Assembly (NCBI GenBank): GCA_963931515.1
Contig: OZ007022.1
Location: 13,747 to 77,746, forward strand
Source of the DNA: an uncultured Bacilli bacterium
GTDB taxonomy: Bacteria > Bacillota_I > Bacilli_A > RF39 > UBA660
Direction of reading: 5' to 3'
DNA: 64,000 nt
The translations under genes were made by a program, and so were the position numbers. Position 1 is the first letter of the stretch. Each line of letters begins with the position of its first letter. Below are positions 51,977 through 62,087 of this stretch, one piece after another. The notes beneath the pieces are model-generated. The model made no database searches, was not told the origin of the DNA, and saw nothing but the letters and a program-made list of their open reading frames with translations.

Positions 51977-52926
51977 TGAGGGAATTATTTTGGCTAGTTT
52001 TTGGTTTGTTTTTAATTGTTAAGGCAGCTGATGTTTTAGTTACTGCTTCTTCTTCACTTGCTTTGAGGTTTAAGGTTCCAAAAATGCTTGTAGCACTGAC
52101 AATTATGGCTTTTGGAACATGTGCGCCAGAAGTGGCTATTTCTTTTAATAGTGTACAAGCTGGTGATGGACAAATTGCTTTTGCGAATGTTATTGGAAGC
52201 ACAATAGTTAATGTATTTTTAATTATTGGAATGTCGGCTTTAATTAGGCCTATTAAAGTTAAACATGCGACAATAAAAAAAGAATTACCTATTTTATTTT
52301 TAATTACTTCTGTTTTTACTATTTTAATGCTTGATAGATTGTTTGATCCGTTTACAAAAAATGTATTTTCTAGAGCTGATGGTTTAGTGTTATTATTATT
52401 TTTTAGTGTATTTGTCAGTTATCTTATTGGGCTTATTCATGGTGGGGCTGATCATGATAGTGCTAGTGAAATTAAATATGGTCCAGTAATGTCAATTCTT
52501 TTAATTGTGCTTGCACTTTTGGTTACAGCACTTAGCAGTGATTTAATTGTTAATAACGCTGTGGCTTTGGCTAACGAGCTTAATATTAGTAAAAAAATAA
52601 TTACAATGGTTGTGATTGTTGTGGGAACTAGTTTACCCGAACTTGTAATGACAGTAACAAGTGCGAGAAAAGGTGAATTTGATATGGCTGTGGGCAATAT
52701 TATTGGTACTAATATATTTAATATATGTGTTGTTTTAGGATTGCCGGTAGTTATTTATGGCAATGTAAGTTTGGGTGGCTTTAATTTTGTTGATATTTTG
52801 GCGGTCTTTTTATCTTCATTATGTCTTTATTTGTTTGCTAGAAGTGAGCGAGTTATTAGTCGAAAAGAGGCGGCTATTATGTTGTTTATATTTATAGTGT
52901 ATTATGCATATTTATTTATAGTATAA
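51976..52926 (+). CDS. CaCA-family cation/Ca2+ exchanger (YrbG-like)
   Basis: Two alpha-repeat motifs GTCAPEVAISF and GTSLPELVMTV; 10 TM. Confidence 0.8.
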   Translation: MRELFWLVFGLFLIVKAADVLVTASSSLALRFKVPKMLVALTIMAFGTCAPEVAISFNSVQAGDGQIAFANVIGSTIVNVFLIIGMSALIRPIKVKHATIKKELPILFLITSVFTILMLDRLFDPFTKNVFSRADGLVLLLFFSVFVSYLIGLIHGGADHDSASEIKYGPVMSILLIVLALLVTALSSDLIVNNAVALANELNISKKIITMVVIVVGTSLPELVMTVTSARKGEFDMAVGNIIGTNIFNICVVLGLPVVIYGNVSLGGFNFVDILAVFLSSLCLYLFARSERVISRKEAAIMLFIFIVYYAYLFIV

Positions 52927-52933
52927 ATTTTTT

Positions 52934-52962
52934 TTGAAAATACTTATGATTTATGCTATAAT
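52934..52962 (+). promoter_or_regulatory. sigma-A promoter TTGAAA-17-TATAAT for tRNA-Leu
   Basis: Hexamers with a 17-nt spacer, 10 nt upstream of the tRNA 5' end. Confidence 0.6.
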
Positions 52963-52971
52963 ATTTTTGTT

Positions 52972-53057
52972 GCTTGTGTGGCGGAATTGGTAGACGCGCA
53001 CGACTCAAAATCGTGTGGCTTTTGGCCATGTGGGTTCGATTCCCACCACGAGCACCA
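52972..53057 (+). tRNA. tRNA-Leu (anticodon CAA), class II with long variable arm, encoded CCA
   Basis: Acceptor GCTTGTG/CACGAGC, D-arm GCGGAATTGGTAGACGC, anticodon loop CTCAAAA, variable arm TGGCTTTTGGCCA, T-arm GTGGGTTCGATTCCCAC, ACCA. Confidence 0.9.
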
Positions 53058-53071
53058 AATTGATAATTACT

Positions 53072-53097
53072 CGAACTAGAAATAGTTCGTTTTTTTA
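53072..53097 (+). terminator. rho-independent terminator (CGAACTA-gaaa-TAGTTCG-TTTTTTT)
   Basis: Perfect stem plus a T-run after the tRNA. Confidence 0.6.
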
Positions 53098-53253
53098 AAA
53101 TTTTAAATCGCATGGTCGAAAAGTGTTTGAATACATTGATAATTTTAATTTATAAATATAAATAACATCTGTTTATTAGTAAATTATATGGTAAAATAAT
53201 ATTAAGGTTTTAAGATTTTCAGATGTTGCTGAAGAATTTGGAAAGGAGCCATT

Positions 53254-54273
53254 ATGTTAGAAAAAAATAATATACAAATGATTGAAGAAATTAAAGATAT
53301 AATTATTAGTAGTAGAAATAAAATTGCTTATGAAGTAAATAATACAATGTTACTAGCTTATTGGAATGTTGGTAGAATTATTGTTGAGAATGAGCAAAAT
53401 GGAAATATTAAAGCTGAATATGGTAAACAAGTCTTAAAGGAGCTTTCAAAAGAATTAAGAAAAATTTTAGGCTCTGGTTTTTCGGTATCAAATCTACAAT
53501 ATATGCGTAGATTTTATCTTAAATACCCAAAACAACAGACACTGTCTGTTAAATTGAGCTGGTCACATTATTGCGAATTATTAAGTATTGAAAACGATGA
53601 TGAAAGAAGTTTTTATGAAAAAGAATGCGTTAATTCAAATTGGAGTGTTAGAGAGTTAAAAAGACAATTAGAAACTTCATTATATGAAAGATTATTATTA
53701 TCTGAGGGAAAAAGTAATAAGGAAAAAGTATATGAATTATCAAAAGTTGGACAAACATTAGCCAAACCAGATGATATTTTAAAAGAACCATATGTTTTTG
53801 AATTTTTAGATATTAAAGAACCAAAACCTATTTTGGAGAAAGATTTAGAAAGAAAATTAGTTCATCATATGGAAGAATTTTTACTTGAATTAGGTAAAGG
53901 ATTTATGTTTGTGGGGACACAGCAAAGAATAACTTTAGGAAATATTCATTATTATGTGGATATGGTTTTCTATAATAAAATATTAAAATGTTATGTTTTG
54001 ATAGATTTGAAAATTGGTACTATGAAACCAGAATATGCAGGACAAATGAATATGTATTTAAATTATTATAATGCTGAAGTAAATGATGAATATGATAATA
54101 AACCAATAGGAATTATTCTTTGTAAGAGTAAAAAAGAAGTAGCTATGGAATATGCTTTAGGTGGTTTATCTAATAATATTTTTGCTTCTACTTATACTTA
54201 TTATATTCCTAATAAAGAGCAATTAATTAGTGAAGTTGAAAAAGTATTAAATGAAACAGAGGCTAAAGACTAG
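53254..54273 (+). CDS. PD-(D/E)XK nuclease family protein, DUF1016/YhcG-like
   Basis: N-terminal LLAYWNVGRII...GFSVSNLQYMRRFYLKYP, characteristic of DUF1016; C-terminal VLIDLK nuclease-core motif. Confidence 0.65.
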   Translation: MLEKNNIQMIEEIKDIIISSRNKIAYEVNNTMLLAYWNVGRIIVENEQNGNIKAEYGKQVLKELSKELRKILGSGFSVSNLQYMRRFYLKYPKQQTLSVKLSWSHYCELLSIENDDERSFYEKECVNSNWSVRELKRQLETSLYERLLLSEGKSNKEKVYELSKVGQTLAKPDDILKEPYVFEFLDIKEPKPILEKDLERKLVHHMEEFLLELGKGFMFVGTQQRITLGNIHYYVDMVFYNKILKCYVLIDLKIGTMKPEYAGQMNMYLNYYNAEVNDEYDNKPIGIILCKSKKEVAMEYALGGLSNNIFASTYTYYIPNKEQLISEVEKVLNETEAKD

Positions 54274-54422
54274 TCATTGTATTAGGAAAATTGAAAGAAA
54301 CTAACTAATTACAATAAAATTTATAATTATTTATTTTAAAGCGTATTTGTGTTAAAATGTATATAGTGATTGATTTATATGTCAATTACCTTTGGTAAAA
54401 GTTGTAGATAACTTTCCTGGTG

Positions 54423-54449
54423 GCACCAGATTGATATTTACTCGAACTT
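54423..54449 (+). repeat. partial direct repeat of the tRNA-Leu 3' end and trailer (GCACCAGATTGATATTTACTCGAACTT versus 53052-53078)
   Basis: 23/27 identical to the tRNA acceptor-3' end and downstream terminator sequence. Confidence 0.55.
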
Positions 54450-55033
54450 GAGAGTTTTATATATATTTTAAAAGAAAATAATGAAAAGCATTTGATAGTT
54501 ATGTTTATGATGGTGGATTATCAGGTTCTTATTTATATAAAGAAAATGATGAAAAATATAATTATGTAAATGATATTTATAATAACCCTTATAAAAAGAG
54601 ATATTTGTAATAAATATAAAATAAAAAAGAGCACTTGTTAGATACGATTAATGATTTTCTAAAGATATGATATTCAAGGTAAAAGGTATCTTGGTGTTAG
54701 TATAGATATATAAATATAAAAATATAGAGAGTGATAAGATAAAAATCAACGAAAGAAAGTGTCTATAATGGCTAGAGGAAAATTGAACTGTCCCATAAAA
54801 ATAGACATATAGGGGAATGATATGAACCCCGTTTCTTGGACAAAATAGAAACGAGGTTTTTATATGTCAAAATTGTCATAAATACATAATCGTGATTATA
54901 ATGCAACAATTAATATAATGTTCCTTGGTTTAAATATATATATGAAATGAATTAAATCTTTTAAAATTGAAAATAAGTGATTAGTGATATATAATGTAAA
55001 TAATTGAATAAGTCTTTTAGAAGGTGAAAGTTT

Positions 55034-56023
55034 GTGACTAAGGTTAGTATAATTGTTCCTGTTTATAATGCTGGTGAATTTTTAAAAACTTGTTTGGAAA
55101 CTTTGGTTAATCAGTCTCTTGATGATATGGAAATTATTGTCATTGATGATGCGTCTAGTGATAATAGTTTGGAGATAATAAACGTATTCGCATCTAAGTA
55201 TTCTTTTATAAAGATTTGTCATAATGATAGAAATGTAGGACCGAGTATATCTAGAAATGAAGGACTTGAGTTAGCTTGCGGAGAGTATATTGGGTTTTTG
55301 GATAGTGATGATTATGTTAGTTTAAGTATGTATAATAATATGTATGAAGCGGCAAGTAAAAATGATTATCCTGATGTGGTTGTTTCGTCTTTAAAATTTG
55401 TTACTGATGATTCTTATGCTTTTAAAGATTATGATAGAGATTTCAATGGTAGACATTATGATGTTTTAGATAATCCCAATTTAATTATTTATCAAAGTCC
55501 ATCTTGCTGTAATAAAATTTTTAAAAGAGAACTGATTGGTGATTATAGATTTATTCCTGATGTTATGTGGGAAGATGTGGCATTTACTTATTCTAGATTA
55601 ATTAAAGCTGATGACATTTTGATGATGAATAATTTAGATTATTTCTATAGAAGAGATATCAGTAGAGGTGTTTCTGGTAAAAATTATAAAGTAAATTTGC
55701 GAGTGTTTGATATTATTATGGTGGCTTATGAAATAGAAAAAGAAGCTAGAGAGTGTGGAAGATATGATAAATTGAAAAAACAGGTTAAGTTTTTACAAAT
55801 GGCCACTTGTTTACAAAGGGTTTCTGAGATAGAAACTTGGCAAGTAGATAATGTTTGTCAAATAAAAGAAATGTTGTATAGACTTATTTTTGATAATTTT
55901 GGTAATTTAGATGATGTTGATAATGATTTACTTTCAAGTAAAGTTTCACTTGATGTAATTAGGGATTTTAATAAATATTGTCATGGAATGGAGGTTCAAT
56001 ATGAAAATAGCAATAGTTTATGA
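55034..56023 (+). CDS. glycosyltransferase family 2
   Basis: VSIIVPVYNAGEFL...IIVIDDASSDNS GT-A motif and a DxD; GTG start. Confidence 0.8.
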   Translation: MTKVSIIVPVYNAGEFLKTCLETLVNQSLDDMEIIVIDDASSDNSLEIINVFASKYSFIKICHNDRNVGPSISRNEGLELACGEYIGFLDSDDYVSLSMYNNMYEAASKNDYPDVVVSSLKFVTDDSYAFKDYDRDFNGRHYDVLDNPNLIIYQSPSCCNKIFKRELIGDYRFIPDVMWEDVAFTYSRLIKADDILMMNNLDYFYRRDISRGVSGKNYKVNLRVFDIIMVAYEIEKEARECGRYDKLKKQVKFLQMATCLQRVSEIETWQVDNVCQIKEMLYRLIFDNFGNLDDVDNDLLSSKVSLDVIRDFNKYCHGMEVQYENSNSL

Positions 56024-56510
56024 TTCAGTGACTGGTAATACTAAAAAATTGGTTGATGTAATTTATGATGAGTGTATGGATTTTGATGTACATGTTTATA
56101 CAAATTTTTGTGATGATATTTTGGGTGCTGATTTACTTTTTTGTGGATCATGGACTTATAAAGGGGAGCCTAGTGATAAGATGAAGGATATTTATCAAAG
56201 ATTGGATAATAAAAAAATATTTATTTTTGGTACTTGTGGTTTTGGTGGAAGTTTACAGTATTATAAGTTGATTTTTGATAATACTTGTAAATATATTAAT
56301 AAAAGCAATAATATTTTAGATTATTATTTTTGCCCTGGCAAGTTACCTTACAGAATGAAAAATAAATATGTGCAGATGTTAGAGGAAAATCCAAATGATA
56401 AAAAAGTTACTAAGATGTTAGAAAATTTTAATAATGTTTTAGATAGACCGAATGATATTGATTTAGATGAGCTTCGGGGTAGAGTTAGGAAGATTATAAA
56501 TGAGAGTTAG
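56001..56510 (+). CDS. flavodoxin-like protein
   Basis: N-terminal FMN phosphate-binding loop IVYDSVTGNTKK; GGAGG RBS before the ATG at 56001. Confidence 0.55.
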   Translation: MKIAIVYDSVTGNTKKLVDVIYDECMDFDVHVYTNFCDDILGADLLFCGSWTYKGEPSDKMKDIYQRLDNKKIFIFGTCGFGGSLQYYKLIFDNTCKYINKSNNILDYYFCPGKLPYRMKNKYVQMLEENPNDKKVTKMLENFNNVLDRPNDIDLDELRGRVRKIINES

Positions 56511-56991
56511 TCATGAATTTGGTCCATATATTAATAAAGATAGTGAAGTGTTGATTTTAGGTTCAATTCCTTCGGTTAAATCTAGGGAGTATGGTTTTTA
56601 TTATATGCATCCACAAAATAGATTTTGGAATATTTTAAGTGATATATTTGGTGAAGATTTTCCTGAAACTATTTTAGATAAAAAGCAATTACTTTTTAAA
56701 CATAAAATTGCTTTATGGGATGTGATAGAATCTTGTGATATTAAAGGTTCAAGTGATAGTTCGATTAAAAACCCTAAGATTAATGATATTAAAAATTTAA
56801 TAGTTGGTACAAATGTAAAGACTATTTTTGTGACTGGAAAAAAATCTTTGCAATTATATGACAGATACTGCTTGAAAGATGTAGGAACCAAGGCTATTTA
56901 TTTACCATCTACTAGTGGAGCTAATTGTCGCATAAGTTATGAAAAATTAAAAAGTAAATATGAAATTATTATAAAATATGTGAAAAAGTAA
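56500..56991 (+). CDS. uracil-DNA glycosylase superfamily protein (DNA-deoxyinosine/hypoxanthine glycosylase-like)
   Basis: LILGSIPS..S and GFYYMHPQNRFW motifs typical of small UDG-superfamily glycosylases. Confidence 0.5.
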   Translation: MRVSHEFGPYINKDSEVLILGSIPSVKSREYGFYYMHPQNRFWNILSDIFGEDFPETILDKKQLLFKHKIALWDVIESCDIKGSSDSSIKNPKINDIKNLIVGTNVKTIFVTGKKSLQLYDRYCLKDVGTKAIYLPSTSGANCRISYEKLKSKYEIIIKYVKK

Positions 56992-57055
56992 TATTTTTCT
57001 TTTTTTTTGAAAGAAAATAGGTTATAATTATATTATAGGGAAGGGGCGGCTAAGG

Positions 57056-58663
57056 ATGATTTTAAGAAAACCATATGCGTTTTTTATAAAATACTTTAAA
57101 TTGTTACACGCGATTATTGCAGGGCTTGTGGCATTTTTGTTATATCGTTCTTTTACAATTTATAATTTCTTTAGTGCTTATGTTAAGGATTATTCTTCAG
57201 CTTTAAATGAATTTTCACCAAGAACTTTTATAAATATGTATAGTTTTGTGCTAGCTTTAGTTATAATTATTTTTATCATTATATTGCTTTCTGTAATGAT
57301 TTATAAGAAGAAACCTAAGGCTCTTTATGTTTTTAGTATATTGGTTTATGTGGCTGTGCTTGTTTTATTCTTTGTCGTTTATCCTTCACTTAGAGACATT
57401 AGCGCTTATATATTAGATATTCGTACATCCAGTGCTTATCGTGATTTATTTTTAATTATATCAATTTTGCAACTTGTTTGTTTAGTTTGGTATGCAATTA
57501 GAGCAACTGGTTTTGATATTAAACAATTTGATTTTGGAACTGATTTACAAAAATTAGATATTGATGAAAAAGATAGTGAAGAAATTGAAGTGTCTTTGGA
57601 ATTTGACCAAAATAAGGTACACAGACAAATAAGACATAAATTGAGAGAAATTGGATACGTATATAAAGAAAATAGGTTTATTATTAATACGGCTGCTATT
57701 ATTTTGATTATTGTACTTGGGTTTTTAATTTATACAAATATTGGAATTTATACAGCTTCATATAGTCAAGGTGAGTCTTTTAGTGCGAGTGGGGTTGTAA
57801 TGAATGTTAAGAACACTTATTTAACTCAAACTGATCCGCTTGGTAATAAGCTTACAAACGATATGATTGTAGTAGTGAAAATGGATATTAGAAAACAAGG
57901 TGTAGTTGATAGGACTTTGAATACAGGACTTACTACTTTGATTGTAAATGGTATTTCTTATGGCCAAAATAATGATTATGCGAAAGAACTTTATGATTTA
58001 GGTACTGCTTATGCTGGCCAAAATTTGAGTGATGAATTTCAAAGTTATATTTTAGCATTTTTGGTTCCTAAAGAAGATATTAATGAAAAAATGGAATTAA
58101 AGTTTAATGATAATGTTAGTTATGTTAAAGGTGAAATGGGAGCAAAAAATGTTTATGTAAGTTTAAAGCCAACTAATTTGACTAAGAATGATGGTAGTAA
58201 AGATGGTATGATTGGCAAAGAAATGACGTTTGAGGATAGTGTTTTGGGAGATTCAACTTTTATGATAAAGGGATATGAGTTTAATAATAAGTTTAAAATA
58301 AATTATAAATATTGTTATGCTACTGATAAATGTATAGATTCATATGAATATTTAACACCTACAGCAACTGGTAGTTATCCTAAAACACTTATGAGAATTA
58401 ATGGATATTTTGTTATTGATGATAATGTTAATAGTGGTGAAATTACATCTTTACAGTCTTTCTTAAATACTTTTGCAACTATTAATTATAAAATTGGTGA
58501 TATTTGGTATTCAAATGATATTAATACACAAACTGTTAAACCTAAAATTGGAGTAGATAATACTAATTATTATGTTGAAGTTCCTTTAGACGTGGCTAGT
58601 GCTAGTGAAATTAGTTTAACTTTTAAGATTAGAAATTATACATATAAATATGTTTTAAAATAA
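57056..58663 (+). CDS. hypothetical polytopic membrane protein with a large extracytoplasmic C-terminal domain
   Basis: Five N-terminal TM helices followed by a roughly 300-aa soluble domain. Confidence 0.5.
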   Translation: MILRKPYAFFIKYFKLLHAIIAGLVAFLLYRSFTIYNFFSAYVKDYSSALNEFSPRTFINMYSFVLALVIIIFIIILLSVMIYKKKPKALYVFSILVYVAVLVLFFVVYPSLRDISAYILDIRTSSAYRDLFLIISILQLVCLVWYAIRATGFDIKQFDFGTDLQKLDIDEKDSEEIEVSLEFDQNKVHRQIRHKLREIGYVYKENRFIINTAAIILIIVLGFLIYTNIGIYTASYSQGESFSASGVVMNVKNTYLTQTDPLGNKLTNDMIVVVKMDIRKQGVVDRTLNTGLTTLIVNGISYGQNNDYAKELYDLGTAYAGQNLSDEFQSYILAFLVPKEDINEKMELKFNDNVSYVKGEMGAKNVYVSLKPTNLTKNDGSKDGMIGKEMTFEDSVLGDSTFMIKGYEFNNKFKINYKYCYATDKCIDSYEYLTPTATGSYPKTLMRINGYFVIDDNVNSGEITSLQSFLNTFATINYKIGDIWYSNDINTQTVKPKIGVDNTNYYVEVPLDVASASEISLTFKIRNYTYKYVLK

Positions 58664-58703
58664 CAAAATGATGTGTTATAATAGGAAGGGGGATACACGT
58701 TAG

Positions 58704-59345
58704 ATGTTAAAAAAAATTAAATATTTGGTTTTGATGATTATTTGTATGTGCGTGGTTCCTTTGACTACACATGCTCAGTGTGATTACCAAAGGTTAGCTG
58801 AGTTATCTAGAATTGCTAGCAATGTTCAATTTAATTATACTTATGAAATGGTGGATAGTTATCCTAATTTCTCAGTAATACTTTCTAATTTAACCAATGA
58901 TATATATATTGTTGATAATTTTGGTAAAATTTTTTCTGGAAGTGAAGAATTTATTAATCCATACAAAGAAGGGAATACAATAACTTTTACATTTTATTCA
59001 AACGATGCTAATTGCCAAGGTGAAGAACTTACTAAAAGATATGTTAGTTTGCCTGAGTTTAACCCTCGTTATAATACTGATGAATGTAAACTTTATCCAG
59101 AATTTTCTCTTTGTCAAATGTGGACTAACACTTCGTTTTCAGCAGAACAATTTGCAATTCAACTTGAAAATTATAAACAACAGCTTAATGCTTCTAGTAT
59201 TTTAAATGCAGAACCTAAGGGTTCTTCATGGGATGTTATATTATCATTTTTATCAAATAATGCACTTATTTTTTCTATAATTGGTATTTTAGTTTTAATC
59301 AGTATTTGTATATTAATTGTTAGAAAAATTAGACATAGAAGGTGA
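58704..59345 (+). CDS. hypothetical secreted protein with a C-terminal TM anchor
   Basis: Signal peptide (…VVPLTTHA/QC); C-terminal hydrophobic helix plus RKIRHRR stop-transfer. Confidence 0.5.
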   Translation: MLKKIKYLVLMIICMCVVPLTTHAQCDYQRLAELSRIASNVQFNYTYEMVDSYPNFSVILSNLTNDIYIVDNFGKIFSGSEEFINPYKEGNTITFTFYSNDANCQGEELTKRYVSLPEFNPRYNTDECKLYPEFSLCQMWTNTSFSAEQFAIQLENYKQQLNASSILNAEPKGSSWDVILSFLSNNALIFSIIGILVLISICILIVRKIRHRR

Positions 59346-59350
59346 TGTAT

Positions 59351-62074
59351 GTGAAGAAAATAAAGCAAATCTTTATAATCCTGATTTTATTTTGTGTATG
59401 TTTAACTACGGTAAGTGCTGATGTTACTATTGGCGCTGGACCTGGTGGTGGTCATTATGCCAGTGGAGTATGGAGGAACTTGGTTTATATTCCATATGGT
59501 GGGCCGGCAGTAAATCAGTATCGTGGTTATAAGATTAGACTTGTTTATTATGATGGGTCTGATGCGGCAAGAACACGTGGTGAGAGTGCTTGGCAAGAAA
59601 TTACTAGTTTTGATGTTGTGGTGTCTAATCCAACATTTGAGAGAACTAATTATGCAAATTTAGTTAGATTACATGCACAGAATAATACGAGATTAGGTCT
59701 TTTGTCTGGTCCAAACGTTACATGGCTTGGTCAACAAATTGCTGGAGTAGAAAATGGAACTACTAATGAAACTGCAATCAGAAGTGCTTTGGAGGCTAAT
59801 GATTCAGCTAGACTAAAAGCTATTATTCAAGAACTTGGTGTTGATGAGTCACAAATGTCTAAAGAAAGTGAAGAGGAAATGAAGGCTAATGCAAAAGGTT
59901 ATCGTTTTGTGGCTGAAAAGTTAATTGTTTTAGCTAATAAAGGCTGGCTTTTTGCAAATTCTCGTAAAGAGATGGCTCAAGTATTATCTGAGGGAAATTC
60001 GGGTTTTCCTAGTGGATTATGGAATTTGAGTACGACATCAACAGGTGCAGGAAAATACCCGGGTGATATTCATACAACTAGGGATGATATAAATGTTCGC
60101 TCTGTTGGTGCGGGTTGGACTTATGGTAACTTTAAAAGTTATAATATAGGTGCAGGATTAGGTATTATAAGTATTGGTAAAAATCCTTATTCAGACCACG
60201 ATTATTCATATACGGCGGCATGCGCTACTTGTGAAAATACTAATTCTGATTATTTGGCTTATACAATTAAAGATACTAGTGACTGGGGCGGAATTATGGC
60301 CAGTGGTAGTTCGAAGTTTGAAAATGTACAAGGTTATTTCCATGATGGTAGTTATCCTAGTGGTGATGGACAAGATCCATCTGGAGATGTTTATTGCCGA
60401 GAAGAATTTAGCGTATATTTTCCAAATCAACTTAGCCAAATTTATGTAGAGCCGGGAAGATATTTTGTATTAAATCCAGAAGAAAGTGAACTTGCTGGTT
60501 TAAATGAGGTTGGTGCTTCGGCTATTCCTAATTTGAAACCTTATAAAGTATATAGAAAAAGAGAATGCCGAGCAGAAGTTAATTTAACTCAATATGAAGA
60601 TGAAACTTATTCTGCTTTTCAGGCGAGACTTTTAGCTGCTAAAAGAACTACTTTGTCAAATTATGAAACTGCCAAAAAAGAAGATTTTGCTGGTGACATG
60701 GGTAAGGTTTGGTTTAGATATACCGAGACTTATGAAGAAAGCAAATATAATATGGATGAGCCTGATGAGATGCAATTATATGATGTATATGAGAGTAATC
60801 CTTTAACTGATTATGGTTCTGAACTTGCTAGTATTGCTGCTGATGATGCACAACTTACAATGGAAAATACAACAAAATATAAATTGCCGGAAGAATATTA
60901 TAGATATGTAAGATTAAGAGATGGACTTTCTATGTCAAAGGTTCCGTCTGAGCCATATAAAGAGGTTGGAATTGCTAATTTGCCAGTTTCTTTTGAAAAT
61001 CATGGTGTAAAGATTAGCGCTACACAGTATAAAGCGGCTGATATACAGTTTGCTTATGATTTACCTGATAATGCTATGCTAAAAAAAGCGGCTTCTAATA
61101 ATGGATATTTAGCTACTACCAAAGGTGATGGTGGAAGTGGTGGAAACTGTATTGCAAAAAGTACAATAGAAGGAGAGCCTACTGATGGTTATTCTTGTAA
61201 GATACTTACATCTACTATTCCAAATACACCTGATGAACCTGGTGATCCTGATAATCCTGACGATGGTTGTAATACTCCACAAGATGCTGAAGATTTAGGC
61301 CTTGATTGGAATGATAAGCATGGCTATTGTTGTCCAGTTGGAACTACTTATGATGAGGATACTGGTGATTGTGAAGATGATTCTGGTGATCCTGATGAGC
61401 CTGGTGATCCAGGAGATAGTTGTAAGACTGAGGAGGATGCAAGTAGATTAGGAGTAGATTGGAATCCGATGACAAGGTCTTGTTGCGCAAAAGGAACTAC
61501 TTATAATCCTGAAAAAGGAAAATGTGTACCAGGAGATGATAATACAACTGATCCAGTATGTCCAACAGATTGTGAGTATGGATGTTGTCCATCTGGTGAA
61601 TGTGCACCAATGCCAACTATTAATGGTGAGCCTTTTTGCCCTGGACTTGGAGGTATTGATGTTATTTATAGGACGATAGATTTGGAAGATCCGTTCCCAG
61701 GACAAAATGCGGAAAGTAGAGAAACTGGAGCGAATTGGTGTAGTTATAATATAAGAACACAAGAAATTGATTGTAAGTATAATAACAATACAGTGAAAAA
61801 TTATATTACAAGAGAAAGAAATAATAAAAAGAATGGTTATAAAGTTTATGATGATGATCATATTTTATATGAAGTAAATTTAGATTCAAAGACAATTTCA
61901 TCAATTAGAAGGTATAATGATAAAAACAAATATGATGATGATTGGATTTCAGAATGTTATGATAATGGAAAAGCTTGTAAGAGTAAATTTTTAAGAGAAT
62001 ATAGCAGTGTTATTACTGGAAAATGTAAATCAACTAGTTCATCTAATTTCTACACCTGTGATAAGGATGTTTAG
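59351..62074 (+). CDS. large secreted protein (about 908 aa) with three Cys-rich repeats in the C-terminal third
   Basis: GTG start 6 nt after AAGGTGA; signal peptide MKKIKQIFIILILFCVCLTTVSA/DV; repeats C.T..DA..LG.DWN....CC..GTTY....G.C separated by DPDxPGD linkers. Confidence 0.6.
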   Translation: MKKIKQIFIILILFCVCLTTVSADVTIGAGPGGGHYASGVWRNLVYIPYGGPAVNQYRGYKIRLVYYDGSDAARTRGESAWQEITSFDVVVSNPTFERTNYANLVRLHAQNNTRLGLLSGPNVTWLGQQIAGVENGTTNETAIRSALEANDSARLKAIIQELGVDESQMSKESEEEMKANAKGYRFVAEKLIVLANKGWLFANSRKEMAQVLSEGNSGFPSGLWNLSTTSTGAGKYPGDIHTTRDDINVRSVGAGWTYGNFKSYNIGAGLGIISIGKNPYSDHDYSYTAACATCENTNSDYLAYTIKDTSDWGGIMASGSSKFENVQGYFHDGSYPSGDGQDPSGDVYCREEFSVYFPNQLSQIYVEPGRYFVLNPEESELAGLNEVGASAIPNLKPYKVYRKRECRAEVNLTQYEDETYSAFQARLLAAKRTTLSNYETAKKEDFAGDMGKVWFRYTETYEESKYNMDEPDEMQLYDVYESNPLTDYGSELASIAADDAQLTMENTTKYKLPEEYYRYVRLRDGLSMSKVPSEPYKEVGIANLPVSFENHGVKISATQYKAADIQFAYDLPDNAMLKKAASNNGYLATTKGDGGSGGNCIAKSTIEGEPTDGYSCKILTSTIPNTPDEPGDPDNPDDGCNTPQDAEDLGLDWNDKHGYCCPVGTTYDEDTGDCEDDSGDPDEPGDPGDSCKTEEDASRLGVDWNPMTRSCCAKGTTYNPEKGKCVPGDDNTTDPVCPTDCEYGCCPSGECAPMPTINGEPFCPGLGGIDVIYRTIDLEDPFPGQNAESRETGANWCSYNIRTQEIDCKYNNNTVKNYITRERNNKKNGYKVYDDDHILYEVNLDSKTISSIRRYNDKNKYDDDWISECYDNGKACKSKFLREYSSVITGKCKSTSSSNFYTCDKDV

Positions 62075-62087
62075 GAGGAGATAAAAC

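Noticed and set aside
52916-53113. 65-aa minus-strand ORF
   Set aside because: It overlaps the tRNA-Leu gene antisense and is an artifact of the ORF finder
54487-54588. Start-less 33-codon Tyr-rich reading frame
   Set aside because: It is too short and lacks a start or RBS. It is treated as possible gene debris within the non-coding gap finding rather than as a feature
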